Shown here: positions 47,601-59,700 of the stretch, piece by piece
How positions within the stretch are numbered: position 1 is the first letter of the stretch
Layout of the letters: every line of letters starts with the position of its first letter
Assembly: GCF_964204645.1 (NCBI RefSeq)
Contig: NC_134026.1
Span: 20,866,150-20,930,149, forward strand
Direction of reading: 5' to 3'
DNA from: Tubulanus polymorphus
Lineage: Eukaryota > Animalia > Nemertea
Length of the DNA stretch: 64,000 nt
Position numbers and translations under genes: made by a program
The notes under the pieces: model-generated
Database searches by the model: none
Told to the model about the DNA's origin: nothing
The model's input: only the letters and a program-made list of their open reading frames with translations

Positions 47601-50346
47601 TGATCAAAAATACATCCTCTTTATGTATTTTTGGTATGATGCACTAAGTGAATTATTGTCTCTGTGTTACAGTTACAGATCTATACCGGTCCTACTGCTC
47701 TTGCTGCGGTTATGACCATTTTTGGCGTATGCAGTAGCGTGCCACCTACTCCACCTACAGCGAGTGCTGCTGAAATCTCTGAACCGTTTTTAAAAGGTCT
47801 CAAAAAGGTAACCTATGTGAATGCTCTTTCAAAACCAACCACATGATGTGATTGCAAATTAAGCTCTTGCAATTGAAAATTCTAGATCATTTTAGACCCC
47901 TGATCTGATAAAATTTTTTGGTCTCCAGATACCATTCTAACTTTCTACTACGATCCCTTTCGCGATACAAGCCTGGCTTCCGCGAATTTGAAATTTTGCT
48001 GTTAATCCACCATTTGATCCCAAATTGCGTTAGATTCTAACACACGCTTATCAGTTGCCCATCATCAAGTGAAGTTCATAGAATTAACCCTTTCAATGCA
48101 TCTACACTGCAGTGCGATAAATAAATCGGTGATGGACTTTGCTGGGACACCACATAGCGGTGTATTGATGTAATTAGTAATTAGTTTTTATCTCTATTGA
48201 GAAATGGTAGCACCTGTCAAATATAGTGAAATATTAGTAACTTCAATGATATACTGCACAGCAGTGTAGATGCACTGAAGCGGTATGCCCGTTATTCAAC
48301 ACACTTGGGTGGAATTTTTTGAAATTTTCGAATAATCTCCAGCACTTTCGGGTATCAATTAGTCAGCCCTGAGAGGGTTAAACACAAACCAGATAAATAC
48401 AATCGTAGTCAAATCCTACGGACTGTACTCTTATAACTGTATTTGTAGATCGTAAAAAATCGTCCATATTGGATAATATTTGTATGTTTCGGAATTGGTA
48501 TGGGACTGTTCACCACTATATCGACGTATATTGAACAGATACTGTGTCCAAGAGGATATTCTGATGTAAGTAATCATTATATGTTATACATAACTATTTT
48601 TTTAGTAATTTTTATTTATAGTGATAGAACTGATTCATATTTCGAGGAATTTGTTACAGAAATTCTCTGGATTGTGCGGGGCATTAATGGTTGGCTGCGG
48701 TATCCTCGGAGCCGGTTTAGCCGGTCTCATAGTCGACAAAACTAAGAAGTTCGAAGAAGTAGCAAAAATTGCGTTTCTTTTATCGGCTTTATCATCCATA
48801 GTATTTTCTGTGGTAGGTTCCATTATGGATTAGCAGCCTCATCTGTGCTATCGGTGATGAATATTAAGGTCAATTGTTAATCAAAAAATGGGTATATTTA
48901 TCAAGATAAATTACATGTATTTTGTAGCTTAGTACCTTCACTCATATTTTCAATAAGTAATACAAACTTTTCCATCACTTTTCTATCAGCTAGTCTTATT
49001 TTGTTTGCTTATTAGAAGGGCCAGAATAAGTTTATCCTATCTTTATTCTTGCTATGAACGGGTATCAGTAATCTACCTTTTCAGGCATATCATATTATTT
49101 TTCAGAATTGTCATAGGCTTTTGCTCTAGCAATTAAAATGGTTTCTCATAACCCTGCTCAGTCATGAATATATCCATATTTCATTTTCTGTATTTTAGAT
49201 TTCCAAATACAGAGACATGGATGTACTTATAGCTGCATCAATAAGTACCTTTGGATTCTTCGGGTTTGCCGTTTACCCGGTAGTCCTTGAATTGGGAGTT
49301 GAATGTACGTTTCCAATATCTGAAGGTACTAGTGGAGGCCTTATCAACATGTCTGGGTATGTATTGAAATTCAACACTCGGAAGTACATAGTAAATCCTG
49401 GTCAAAGATATAAAAGAAAAAGAGTTGGTTTTAGTAAAAATTGAATTAGCAACTTGACATTACAATGGAAAGAGGTGCACTACAACTGCCTCAAATACTG
49501 ATATGCTTATAAAATTTAAGCTCCTTTTTAGAATCATTAGCTTTGATATAATATTTGTGTTATGATAATGGTATATGTATTCTTTTAAGTGGATTTTCAT
49601 TCATTCATTGCGATAGTTTCTGATATATTTTCAATTCTTTCCGAAACCAATCCTGAACTGTGGAATGTCTCCTGAATTCTTTGACTCCATCCATCCAGTT
49701 TGGTAGCATGAATTGCTACATGTACAAATATTGGTCTGTAAAAAGTACATAAATATTTTGATTTTTGTAGACAAATAATAGGAGTCATAATAATGGTAGT
49801 AGTGGGAATAGTCACTCCAAAGCTTCCCGAATCGCAGAGGATTTATTCTTGTTTTACTGGTAAAAAGTCTATTGTACCATTAGATTTTACTTGTAAGTAT
49901 ATTTCCTTGGGAAGATTAGAGAAATTTTTATTCCAAGTCACTGTTCGTACAAGTTGGCCATACATATAATACGCGCGTTGATAATTGTGTATATAATGTA
50001 GCTGAGAATTGTGAGTTGGGTAAATAGATCTGAAAAATAATGGCTACATACGCGAGTGTCTTAGATGAAAATGCCTTTGATGTTTGTAAGGAACCATTCA
50101 TAGAGTACACTCGGGTCAATATGTAATGCTTTAGCCCTCGATCAAAATTGAATATTGAAAGTGTTTCTTTTTCTTTCAGATACAAACATTGGACTGTCTG
50201 TTTTAGCCGTATTTGGTGCTTGTGTTTTTACAATATTCTTTAAAACTATTTACCGGCGTTTGAGAGCTGAACAACAAGTTGCTGCTGATAAAATACTGGG
50301 CTATCCTGAACATGGAACAATTTATGGTCCCGTTAATTCTCGCTGA
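44681..50346 (+). CDS. SLC49A3: MFS transporter SLC49A3 (MFSD7), 10 exons
   Basis: YKRRWYILATLCMLNLSNAM|LWISFSPIAD...VNWLSLVYL...FGVVASWLIDSVGLRAS matches the MFSD7 N-terminus. Also GQCLCAVAQPF..FAPTKMAATWFP..QRATAN and LELGVECTFPISEGTSGG. Exons at about 44681-44836, 45434-45592, 46296-46510, 47263-47339, 47673-47807, 48450-48564, 48660-48812, 49199-49356, 49771-49892 and 50180-50346. Confidence 0.9.
48088..48377. mobile_element. piggyBac-like MITE
   Basis: TTAA-CCCTTTCA ... TGAGAGGG-TTAA, with internal inverted arms tgcatctacactgc / gcagtgtagatgca. Confidence 0.65.
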
Positions 50347-50908
50347 TACATTTTATCGTTTGATAATTTTCACTATGAATGTACCGGTACTTGTCTTACA
50401 ATCGAGACTCAAGATAAGACCAGGCTTACCGCTAGCTAGCTCATTAGAATTAGAAATATGTCATTAGATTCAGGCCATTTAGATTATTTCATTGTTGGCC
50501 AGGGCATATGGTACCATTGCAGAATGTAAAGTAGCTTATCCTAGCCTTAGCTTGGACTTATCTGTACTGTGAATCTGACCCCTTTTTCACAATCGAGATG
50601 TTGGACTTGATGGGACCAGCTTTCATTCTGACAACAGGACCAAGAAAACCTAGTCTAAACATGTAGTGAATGTGGGGAAGAGAGTGGCGTGAAGTTTGTT
50701 AACATTGTATCGATGGTGCTTGAATTTCTATGAATGAAATGCTGTATTTTTTATAGCGTTTATTAATATGATGACTTCCTGCTTAGATTTCATGTGTTTA
50801 GGATTATATAAAAACTACGCTATATGATTTACCTATATGAAGTCTTAAGGTGTGCTTACAAAAAATATGTCTGTAAGAATACTGGTTAGAATACCCATCG
50901 ACCTAATA

Positions 50909-51100
50909 CAGTGGTACCTTGGTAGAACGAACTTCGGGAGACCAGAAAATATGTTCGTTATAACGGATAGTTCATTGTATACCGATAGAACATTGTATAC
51001 AGTATGAAATGATTGAAATTTTCCTATTTGGGACAAAATTCTAGGTTTGTAATAACTGATAAATCGTTAAATCCGAGGACATTATAAGGAGGTTCCACTG
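50909..51100. mobile_element. Tc1/mariner-like MITE in SLC49A3 3'UTR
   Basis: TA-cagtggtacct ... aggttccactg. Confidence 0.65.
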
Positions 51101-51694
51101 CATGACTTATACGAATTTAGAATTGCGAGTACTGGGGGGACTATATTATGTCAAGTTTAGATCAAATGGGTGCTGGTATAGTTGTTGAACTCAAAATTCC
51201 AGTTTGTGTCGAGAAATTATGGGAGAATTGTTGATGCATATTCAGAATATGATCGCCAATGAATCATTAGTGTAGCCATGTCTTTGTACAACCATGTTTT
51301 AACTTAATTAAGTTAACTACTAACCTCGCAAAATAAACAAGAATTTTGTATTCAAGGATTAGATTGTATATATCTGTGTCTATGATGATAACATTTTATA
51401 CGTTGAGGTAATAAAGTTGAAAGCTATATATTTATCTTATTTTACATAGTTATCTTGTAAACATTTCAGTTCAATGAGGGTTTTTTGCTGAAATAGATTC
51501 ATCAGTGCTTTAAGAACAGATATCCCTATTCTGCTTATGCAGGTATCAATCTGTAGTCTAAATACCTCTGTCGTCAAGACGATCAGCACTTGTTTTTAAT
51601 TATCGCCTGGTAATGTCTAATGTCTGGTGCTTGCAGTCCATGTCTGGAGCGAGGTTATGTTAAGCCTGATTAAGTGTATGGGATGGGGTTTGGG

Positions 51695-52012
51695 CATCCT
51701 CTCACCGGCAAGGATTTGAACCAGATAGCATCAAAACTTGCTATGATACGAAACCCTAACCTGCAACAAAAGCCTGAGCGTGCAGCTTATATGGTGTCAT
51801 TATTAGCCAATCAGAAATCCTGTTTTGTTTTGGCGCACGTTTTTCATTTATAGTTCCTCCGTGAAATTACTTGGCGATTATATGAGCAATCTGATTGGTG
51901 CTGCAAGTTTTCGCGCAGCTAACCTGCGCATATACGTCCAGTGTGGCAGGGTTTCGCACCGTGGCCGAGTGTAGCGATGCCATCAGGTTCGAATCACTGC
52001 TGAGGGAGGATG
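51695..52012. repeat. Divergent pair of short A-box/B-box (tRNA-like) elements
   Basis: Minus 51695-51757 and plus 51948-52012 share agggtttcg.a.c.t.gc...gatgc.atc.GGTTC.AATC...gaggatg. Confidence 0.55.
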
Positions 52013-52888
52013 AGGTTTTGGCAACAGATTGATCACTCCGTATACTTATGTTTGGTGTCGTCTGCACAGGAATACTTGAAATTCTACCAATTTGATGAAA
52101 ACCAAGAAAAAAAAAATTCTCGTAGATATTTTATCCTACAATGTATTCCAATTTTATTAATGAAATAGCGATGCATATTTTATACATTCTTTCGATTATA
52201 GAGACTCCCTCAATCCATTATTTTAGCTAATCAACCAACGCTTAGAAAAACTTTGAATAAACATAACTTTCCATTGGACAATAATAAATGAATTTGTTTA
52301 ACACATGGGTATACACACACACACTGAAGTGCCTGTGTTGATTTGTGTTCGACATCATTTGTCTACTGAAAACGTACACAATCATTGCATAAAATTGGTA
52401 ATGCAAAACACCGATTCCCTAAATACACTTATTGTGCACCGGTAGAACAGCGTAATGGCCACAAATATAAACAGCTAGACTTATAAACTAATAATACAGG
52501 TCCGATAGGATAGATACAATTTTCTGAGCTGGAATATTGTTTTTGCCGAACTTATCGAGTCATCAATTGATTTAATAGCTCAATAGGTGCGCTAGTTTAC
52601 TTACAAACTCTATATGAAGGGCTCGAAATTTCTTTAATAGGGGGAAAATACCGTTAGATCAACAACAAACGAATTGTTTAAAATGACAAAAAGAGAGAAC
52701 ATAAGGTGAATTCTACATGTATACATAAAGAGTACTAGGAGGTCAACTCTGCAGTAGTCGTAAGAATCATTGGAAATGTATGCATGGCTGCAGTGCCATC
52801 TTATTTCAACAAAATTTCAAATTTACATTCATGCGAAATTCCATCTGAAACTCCTTGCAGACTTCTGTAGAGTCAACGATCACTGATA

Positions 52889-53064
52889 CAGTAGAACTCG
52901 CTTAATTCAGATTTTTCAATCCGGATTTTCAGTTAATTCAGATGAAAAATTTAGTCCATTTCGCTTGGAACCATGACGTAAACTAATTATTCATAATTCA
53001 GATTTTACTTAATTCGGAGAAATCTGGGCAGGCCCTATTCATCCGAATGAAGTGAGTTCTATTG
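52889..53064. mobile_element. Tc1/mariner-like MITE
   Basis: TA-cagtagaactcgctt ... aagtgagttctattg-TA. Confidence 0.7.
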
Positions 53065-53174
53065 TATTTTCTTTAATTCGATAGTAATCATTAATTGAAA
53101 TTATTCTAACAAATTATACACGGCACAGGAACCATATTCAGGACCATATTCAATTCTCGGAAATATCCTTACAT

Positions 53175-54000
53175 CATGTTCGGTTGAATGGTGCCTAGTT
53201 TTTGTATACACCGAAATATAACTACATTATATTACATCGTACATCATACGTTCACATAAGGCTTTCCCCATTCGCTAAAAACCACACATGAATCATTTAA
53301 AAAAATTATACATCAATGGATGTTCTTTCTATGCAGAACATAAACATTCTAAAAAATCATTAGGTTTTATATCTTTTTTATATCGATTAAAAAAATGGCA
53401 CCGAAGGATTTTACTTTCACGTTTAGAGACCGATTTAGAGTGAACAAATAGAACCACTGGACAAAAAATATATAATTTTCAATTTTATTTCAATTTCTTT
53501 CGATAACAGAAACAAGTTCTGAACTTTGTTTCCCTCAAATTTAGACGCTTCGATTAAAATTGAGCCGCGCGTTGCTGAGACAGATTCGGCGAAAAATAGA
53601 TTTCTTTCCATGTGAACGCGCGTGCAAGCAGTACAGGTATTAGCGACTGTAATGGTTCAATGGTGTCTAGTTTTTGATTGCACCAAAATATAATCATATA
53701 TACATTGTACGCACATTTAAATATGGTTTTTCCCATCAAGTTGGTTACGAAAAGTGAAATGAACGGAAACATGCGCAATTTGTCAAAGACTACGCATGAA
53801 TCGTCCAAAAAAAATCATACATCCACCGATGTTCTTTCTGCGCAGAACACAAACATATTAATAATTTATTGGATTTTTAAATCTATTTCGTATCTATTAA
53901 AAGACAGTTATGGCACCGAAGAAGGATTTTACTTTCACATTACGAGACTGATTTTAGAGTGAATAAATAGAACCACTGGACAAAAACATAATTTCCAATA
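53175..54000. repeat. Diverged tandem duplication (53175-53480 / 53650-54000)
   Basis: Shared blocks aatggtg.ctagttttt, gatgttctttct..gcagaaca.aaacat, tggcaccgaag(aa)ggattttactttcac and aaatagaaccactggacaaaaa. Confidence 0.8.
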
Positions 54001-56577
54001 TTGAAAACCTATCGTTTAACGACAATAAAAACTAGTTTGTAACTTTTTTTGCTGGAATTGAGATGCATCGAGTAAAAACGAGCCACTGCATCTGAGATAT
54101 ACCGAGATAGATTCGACAAGAAATGATTTTCATCACGAGCACGTACATGCATATGGCACAGATATTGGGGACTGAAGCGACGAAATTAAGACAACCTACT
54201 ACGTGTGACCAGAGAGAGGGATACAATATTACATCGAAAAAGTTTAAGTTATCACGTCTACCCTGAGTTTATCCAGATAAACATGCAATACAGGTGTAGT
54301 ATTCGGTGAACATGTACACTGGAATTTTTCGCCGCGAAAGAGAAAAAGGCACGAAAAGTACGTAAAACATACCACTGATTAGTCGTAAAGAGATCAGATT
54401 ATCGTATTTGCGAGGGGTCGATCACGCGGCCAGGGCTAAAACACACAAGCAGCCTGGCGTCAGAGCAAATATCAACCAGATTTGTGTTGCCAGGGGCTAT
54501 CCATTTTCTATTTCGGAAATCCAAAATAGCTGTTTGCCTATTTTTAGATATCACATACATCAAAGCAACCGATACTTCATCCTCTTGAAACAAACGCGTG
54601 TACTAAGAAATGGACAACCCCTCAATACACAAATGAGACACTATGTCTTTATCATATGCATAAACATTGATTTTGCAATGTTTTACACAGTCTGCAGGTG
54701 CGGACATCTTTTTCGAATACCGAGGCGTATGCAGATATACACATATAACGATCGTTTGGTATTTGGTTTCGATTACACGTAACAATCGAGAGACTTTAGT
54801 CGGTTATGTCGGAGACTAACCACATACGATATGAAAAATTACAACATTCAAATGATCAGAAAAACACTATTCTCTCTCCCTTATTGCTCTAATATTTTTG
54901 TCTGAAGCGCCTAACTAAACAAATCCCGACGTTAACACCGCCGTTCGGGAATTTGCACGCGTGGAAGATGACTAACTACCTGAAAACGAATGACGTCGTT
55001 ACTTATATACCAATAATAACATCAGAAGTCGTTTTTCAACTACTATTACTATACAGAGAATGCGTGGAAAGTCCCGTAAACTGAATTCGGATCAATCGCT
55101 TAATTATGATGATATTACGATAGAAATTTCGTCATCGGAGTTCCATATGTGACGTTATAATTACGAATAGCTGCTATGTATATAGACACGAGAGAAATAA
55201 CGTTTAACAGATGCGTGCAATAAATTAATCGCTTGATTCAGGCTACATTACTAACATTGACCTCTTATTAGTTTATGTATCGTCATCTACGACGACTTGT
55301 CTAGGCCCGTAGCCAGGGGATAGGGGTGGATAATATCTATACAAAAACGTAAGGTTTTAACAAAGCAAAGTCATTTGCGATAATGATTATGTTTTGGTAC
55401 ATGCCTTTGGTGCTACATGAACTATATCTATCTAGAACGTACCAAAAACCCCGGCTTACGACCCACGGATTTTAAAGTAGGAATACCCTGGCTACGAGCT
55501 CGCTTTCGTCTTCCTTCACTCTTATTTCGAAAAACTATTTACATGTTCTATAGTTGTTTATCGGCATCGAGATAGGAAGAGATAAAGCCAAACAACAGGG
55601 GAATGTTTAATGATCAACACCACACACTCCCTGATGATCTTAACATATAATATATTTTTCATACGTTAGTATGTGCAGAGCGCTGACGGATGCAGAGAGA
55701 TGATCGATATCTGTTATTATCTTTAATGGAACCACAGATGACTAGTTGGCGAATAGTCTACACATTGAGTAAATCATACGACAATATTTGTTGCCTGGTT
55801 AATTTTTCGTTTGTTGTTGATAACAACGCTTGAAATAAACTGTTTTGTTCATGTATCTTGGAAACCTTACAAAATACACTCTGCTGCATGCTTTTTCCGT
55901 GCGTAGTTTTCTTTTAAGTTAAAGAGAGAGAATGCACGCTCGTTGTTTATGTAATAACAATTCATATTCGTCTAATAATATATCCATCAAAAATTGGTAG
56001 ACTTTGTATTTTCATTTAGGAATGAATTTTTAAAACTCTGTTTCTTTTAGGCATATACCAAAGTTATATGGCACAAATTTTTCGTCGAAAATTTGTGCTC
56101 ATGTCGAAAATCCGACAGACAAAACTTCCATTTATCGTTTCAATCGTTTGTAAAAAATACGAATCAAACCAAGGTAAGTAAAACACTCTAAATATCTAAC
56201 ATATGAAACTGACGCCTACGTACATGTACATACAATTACTGAGGTATCATCAACATTATTTCTACTATAATCATATTATTATTATTATTATCGATTAAAA
56301 GTGGAAACCAGTTCGAATTAATCAAGTTCATCGAAAAGATAATAATAATATTAATAATAATAATGACAATATGTATTTTTTTTATCGATTTAGAAAAATT
56401 AAAGATATTTTATAATAAGTAATTATTAATATGTGCAAGTAAGAAGAAAATGATAGTTCGTTAATATTCTATTTCATATGATATAAACAAACATCGCAAA
56501 CAAATTCAACTCTTCAGGTATCCGGCGCGCGAAGTCAGTCATGCTTCGGCGCAGTGATGCGGCAACTCGTAGCGTTC

Positions 56578-56735
56578 TTAAGACGGAGGATTCGTGCTAA
56601 ACGACGATTTCCTAGCGGCCATCGAACAGAGCGAATCTGCGCCGCGCGGAAGATCGGCTTCTTCCATCGACATGCTGCGTCCACGCTGACCGACCGAGCT
56701 CTTTCTGGTGACATTGGTCATCGATACGTGACCCA
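56578..56735 (-). CDS. Probable terminal coding exon of an unidentified minus-strand gene
   Basis: Strong acceptor (tttttgtaaatttttcag), GC/CpG-rich. Phase-1 reading is xGHVSMTNVTRKSSVGQRGRSMSMEEADLPRGADSLCSMAARKSSFSTNPPS*. An AT-rich UTR-like tract follows, down to AATAAA at about 52153-52158. Confidence 0.5.
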
Positions 56736-59700
56736 CTGAAAAATTTACAAAAAAATACTATCACAATCGGTTTTACCGTTTTATTTATGGGTAACTATTT
56801 TCACCGCACTTCCCCTCCTCCCTCGACGGGATCCTAAACTGATGGCATCATGAAAACTGGGTCTGGGTACGAAAGCCTGCCTTTCAAAGCCATAAGAACC
56901 CACTTCCGCAATTCTGGGTGCAATCCCAGTCATTGAAAGATGCTACTTCTTGGTATTGTGTTGGACCTCATTACAGTGAACTTCCTTATCATATCCATGA
57001 AAAGTTTTAGCATTTGGGTCAAAGTTTTTTCAGATGTGATACGCGAGTTCATAATAACGAGGTTTCGCTGTAACATGAAAGCATATCTATTCATTTGTGG
57101 TTCAAAGCAGATATGCACAGTTTACACATTGAACGATAATTCCAGAAGACTGCTCGTCCTTGTTACTAAATTTACGGAATTTCGCTTTTTGTTTCTCCGA
57201 CCTGTATAAGGCTGTTCAATTTGATCACATTCCGTAAATTGTGCAAACTGCCTCTCAAGTACTCAGACCCAAATCCGCACAGAGTTGTTGTTACTTAGAT
57301 TTTACTCAGAACGAAAGTCACTAGGTTTCTATGATCAAAGCCCACTAAAGAGTAAAATAATAAAGTAACGACAACTTATTAGGGTTCAAACACTCCGGAT
57401 AGAATATACATATACCCTTTGTAGATTTCTTTTCCGATCACCGTTTTACCAACAAACCCCGATGAAGATAGGAAGGACCGACACACTAGTAAGTCTCGAA
57501 TAAAAACGTTTTTCATTCGATCATGTATCGTTTGAAAAGGAACAAAACTGGAAGCACTACACTGATGCCGACTCGCGTGATTTAATCCAGTGCTACAGTC
57601 CACCTGCGAATACTAGCGAAATGACATTGTGACATTCTTTTAGAATGGGAGGGTGTTTCGATTTTTCTGTTTTTTCAAATCTGACAGCGGAGGGAGGGTG
57701 TTTGCGTAGTGCATAGCATCCGGATTAATGATACGATAAATATTCTGTACAATTAACTTAAGATATAGGATAAGTATCACATTCACAACATTTTCATAGA
57801 CACTTTTCGATATACTCGAGATTCGAGCCTCACTCATCAATCAGGAGGAATTCACAGCCCATCACCAAACTGTGACAAATACATACCAGTACCATGTACA
57901 TTTACATTTATTTATCATAACTATTTGTTTATTAAATATATTCACATTATCTTTACGTTAGTCATAATTGACTTCATATGAATATAAAATCATTATTACT
58001 ATCATTATTATTATTATTATCATTGGTATTATGCATATTACCATAAAACCATCTCATTGCTGGCTGGTAATGTAGTGACACTATATCATAACCAACATAT
58101 AACATCTAGGAAAATTGAATATAGACCTTTCCATAAAAAATAGTGGCCTCCTAGGCTATCTAAGATTCCTCTATCACATCACCATTACCAAGCCACCTAC
58201 TAGTACTAGTAATTCGATCGAGAACATGGTCATGAACAGATCCAATCACTAGTTGATGACATCATAGGGAGAGTGAGGAGGCAGCTATTTTTCATAGAAG
58301 GGTCCTTCCAGTGACATCTAAGAAGTTGGTTTATAGAATGAAAGTCTCACGTGAGTACCAGTCAACATTTCATTATCACATCCATTTGCCCATTTCCCCG
58401 AGCCAGAAGTGACCAAGCAAAAGATAGTGTACGGTGCTATAAGCGAAGGCTGTAAGCGAATGCAATTGCGGATTTCCTATAGCAAGCTGAATGCATGAAT
58501 TCTACTTATCATAATAGTTAGTCAGAGTTAGCGGTTGATCCGGAATTTCGAGTAAACGCAACAATCAGCAACAACGGCAATAAATCCATCTCGCGTAAAG
58601 TTTTTCCTTAAATCTGATTATGACCGTACAGCACGAGGCTGGCAAAGGCTTCTTTATCGTCTCTTAGCTTAGCCACAGACATCTCAGCTTAATCTAACAA
58701 TGCTTTAGGTTACATCAGACTAACGTTGCAAGTCTGAGATGTCTTACGAACCAATGATTGTGGATTGGGTCAGCGATAATAAAGGAAATACCAATCAGGC
58801 AGTTACAACCACTGGATTACTACTGGTATCTAACTGATGCAAGGTCTAACTTAAATTGCTTAATCCTAAGTCTTACTTTCTATCTATCTATCTATCTATC
58901 CAAAATGCAGTAGGAACAACCCAGAATTTACGCCGATCTGCCAGCATACCTTCGAGTAAAAATCATTTCGACGAGAAAACAAAAGCGAACTAAACAATAA
59001 ACGCTAAATATTCCAAACTGATTGTTGCATATATTTGCATAGCTAGCGCAGACAAACCACGTTTCGGACATTCGTTAACAATCTTTTTTCTCAAGAAGAA
59101 TTAATTAGGTTAATCAATATTACAGATATATATGTATTGATAGAACTTACTCAAATTAATCGATTTAGATCATCTAACGCATTAATGTTAAAACCGACAA
59201 AAATATTTTAGAATGAATCGTGTACTTTCCAAATACTTGTAATTTAATCACACAAACATTTTAAACCACTATTCTAGCTCAAATAAATCATTAACTTTCT
59301 AAAACATTTCATCATAGTACTATTATTTTTTTTAAACTACTACTTACGTCGTAATCGAAGTGTTTTCCTACAATTCCTACTACCGCTATCATATTTCTAG
59401 TTTCTCGGAAACTATATCTTTTGAAACATATATTATATTATTCGTAAACTTAATTAATCAAATCAATTTATTCTTGGAGCAGGACAACCTAGACCCTAAC
59501 GCTATAAATATATATCATCATACTTTCATGAGCAATAAGGAACCGGCAACGCTACTGTGGCAATTAACGATTCCACCTGTCGCGAGAGACGATGCACCAG
59601 GTTGCGCTAGCATTCTACCGCCGGTCGTTTTTTCATACATTTCATTCTATTCAAGATATGCATGTTCCCTTTGGTAATTCAAATGGAAAACTTTATCAAC

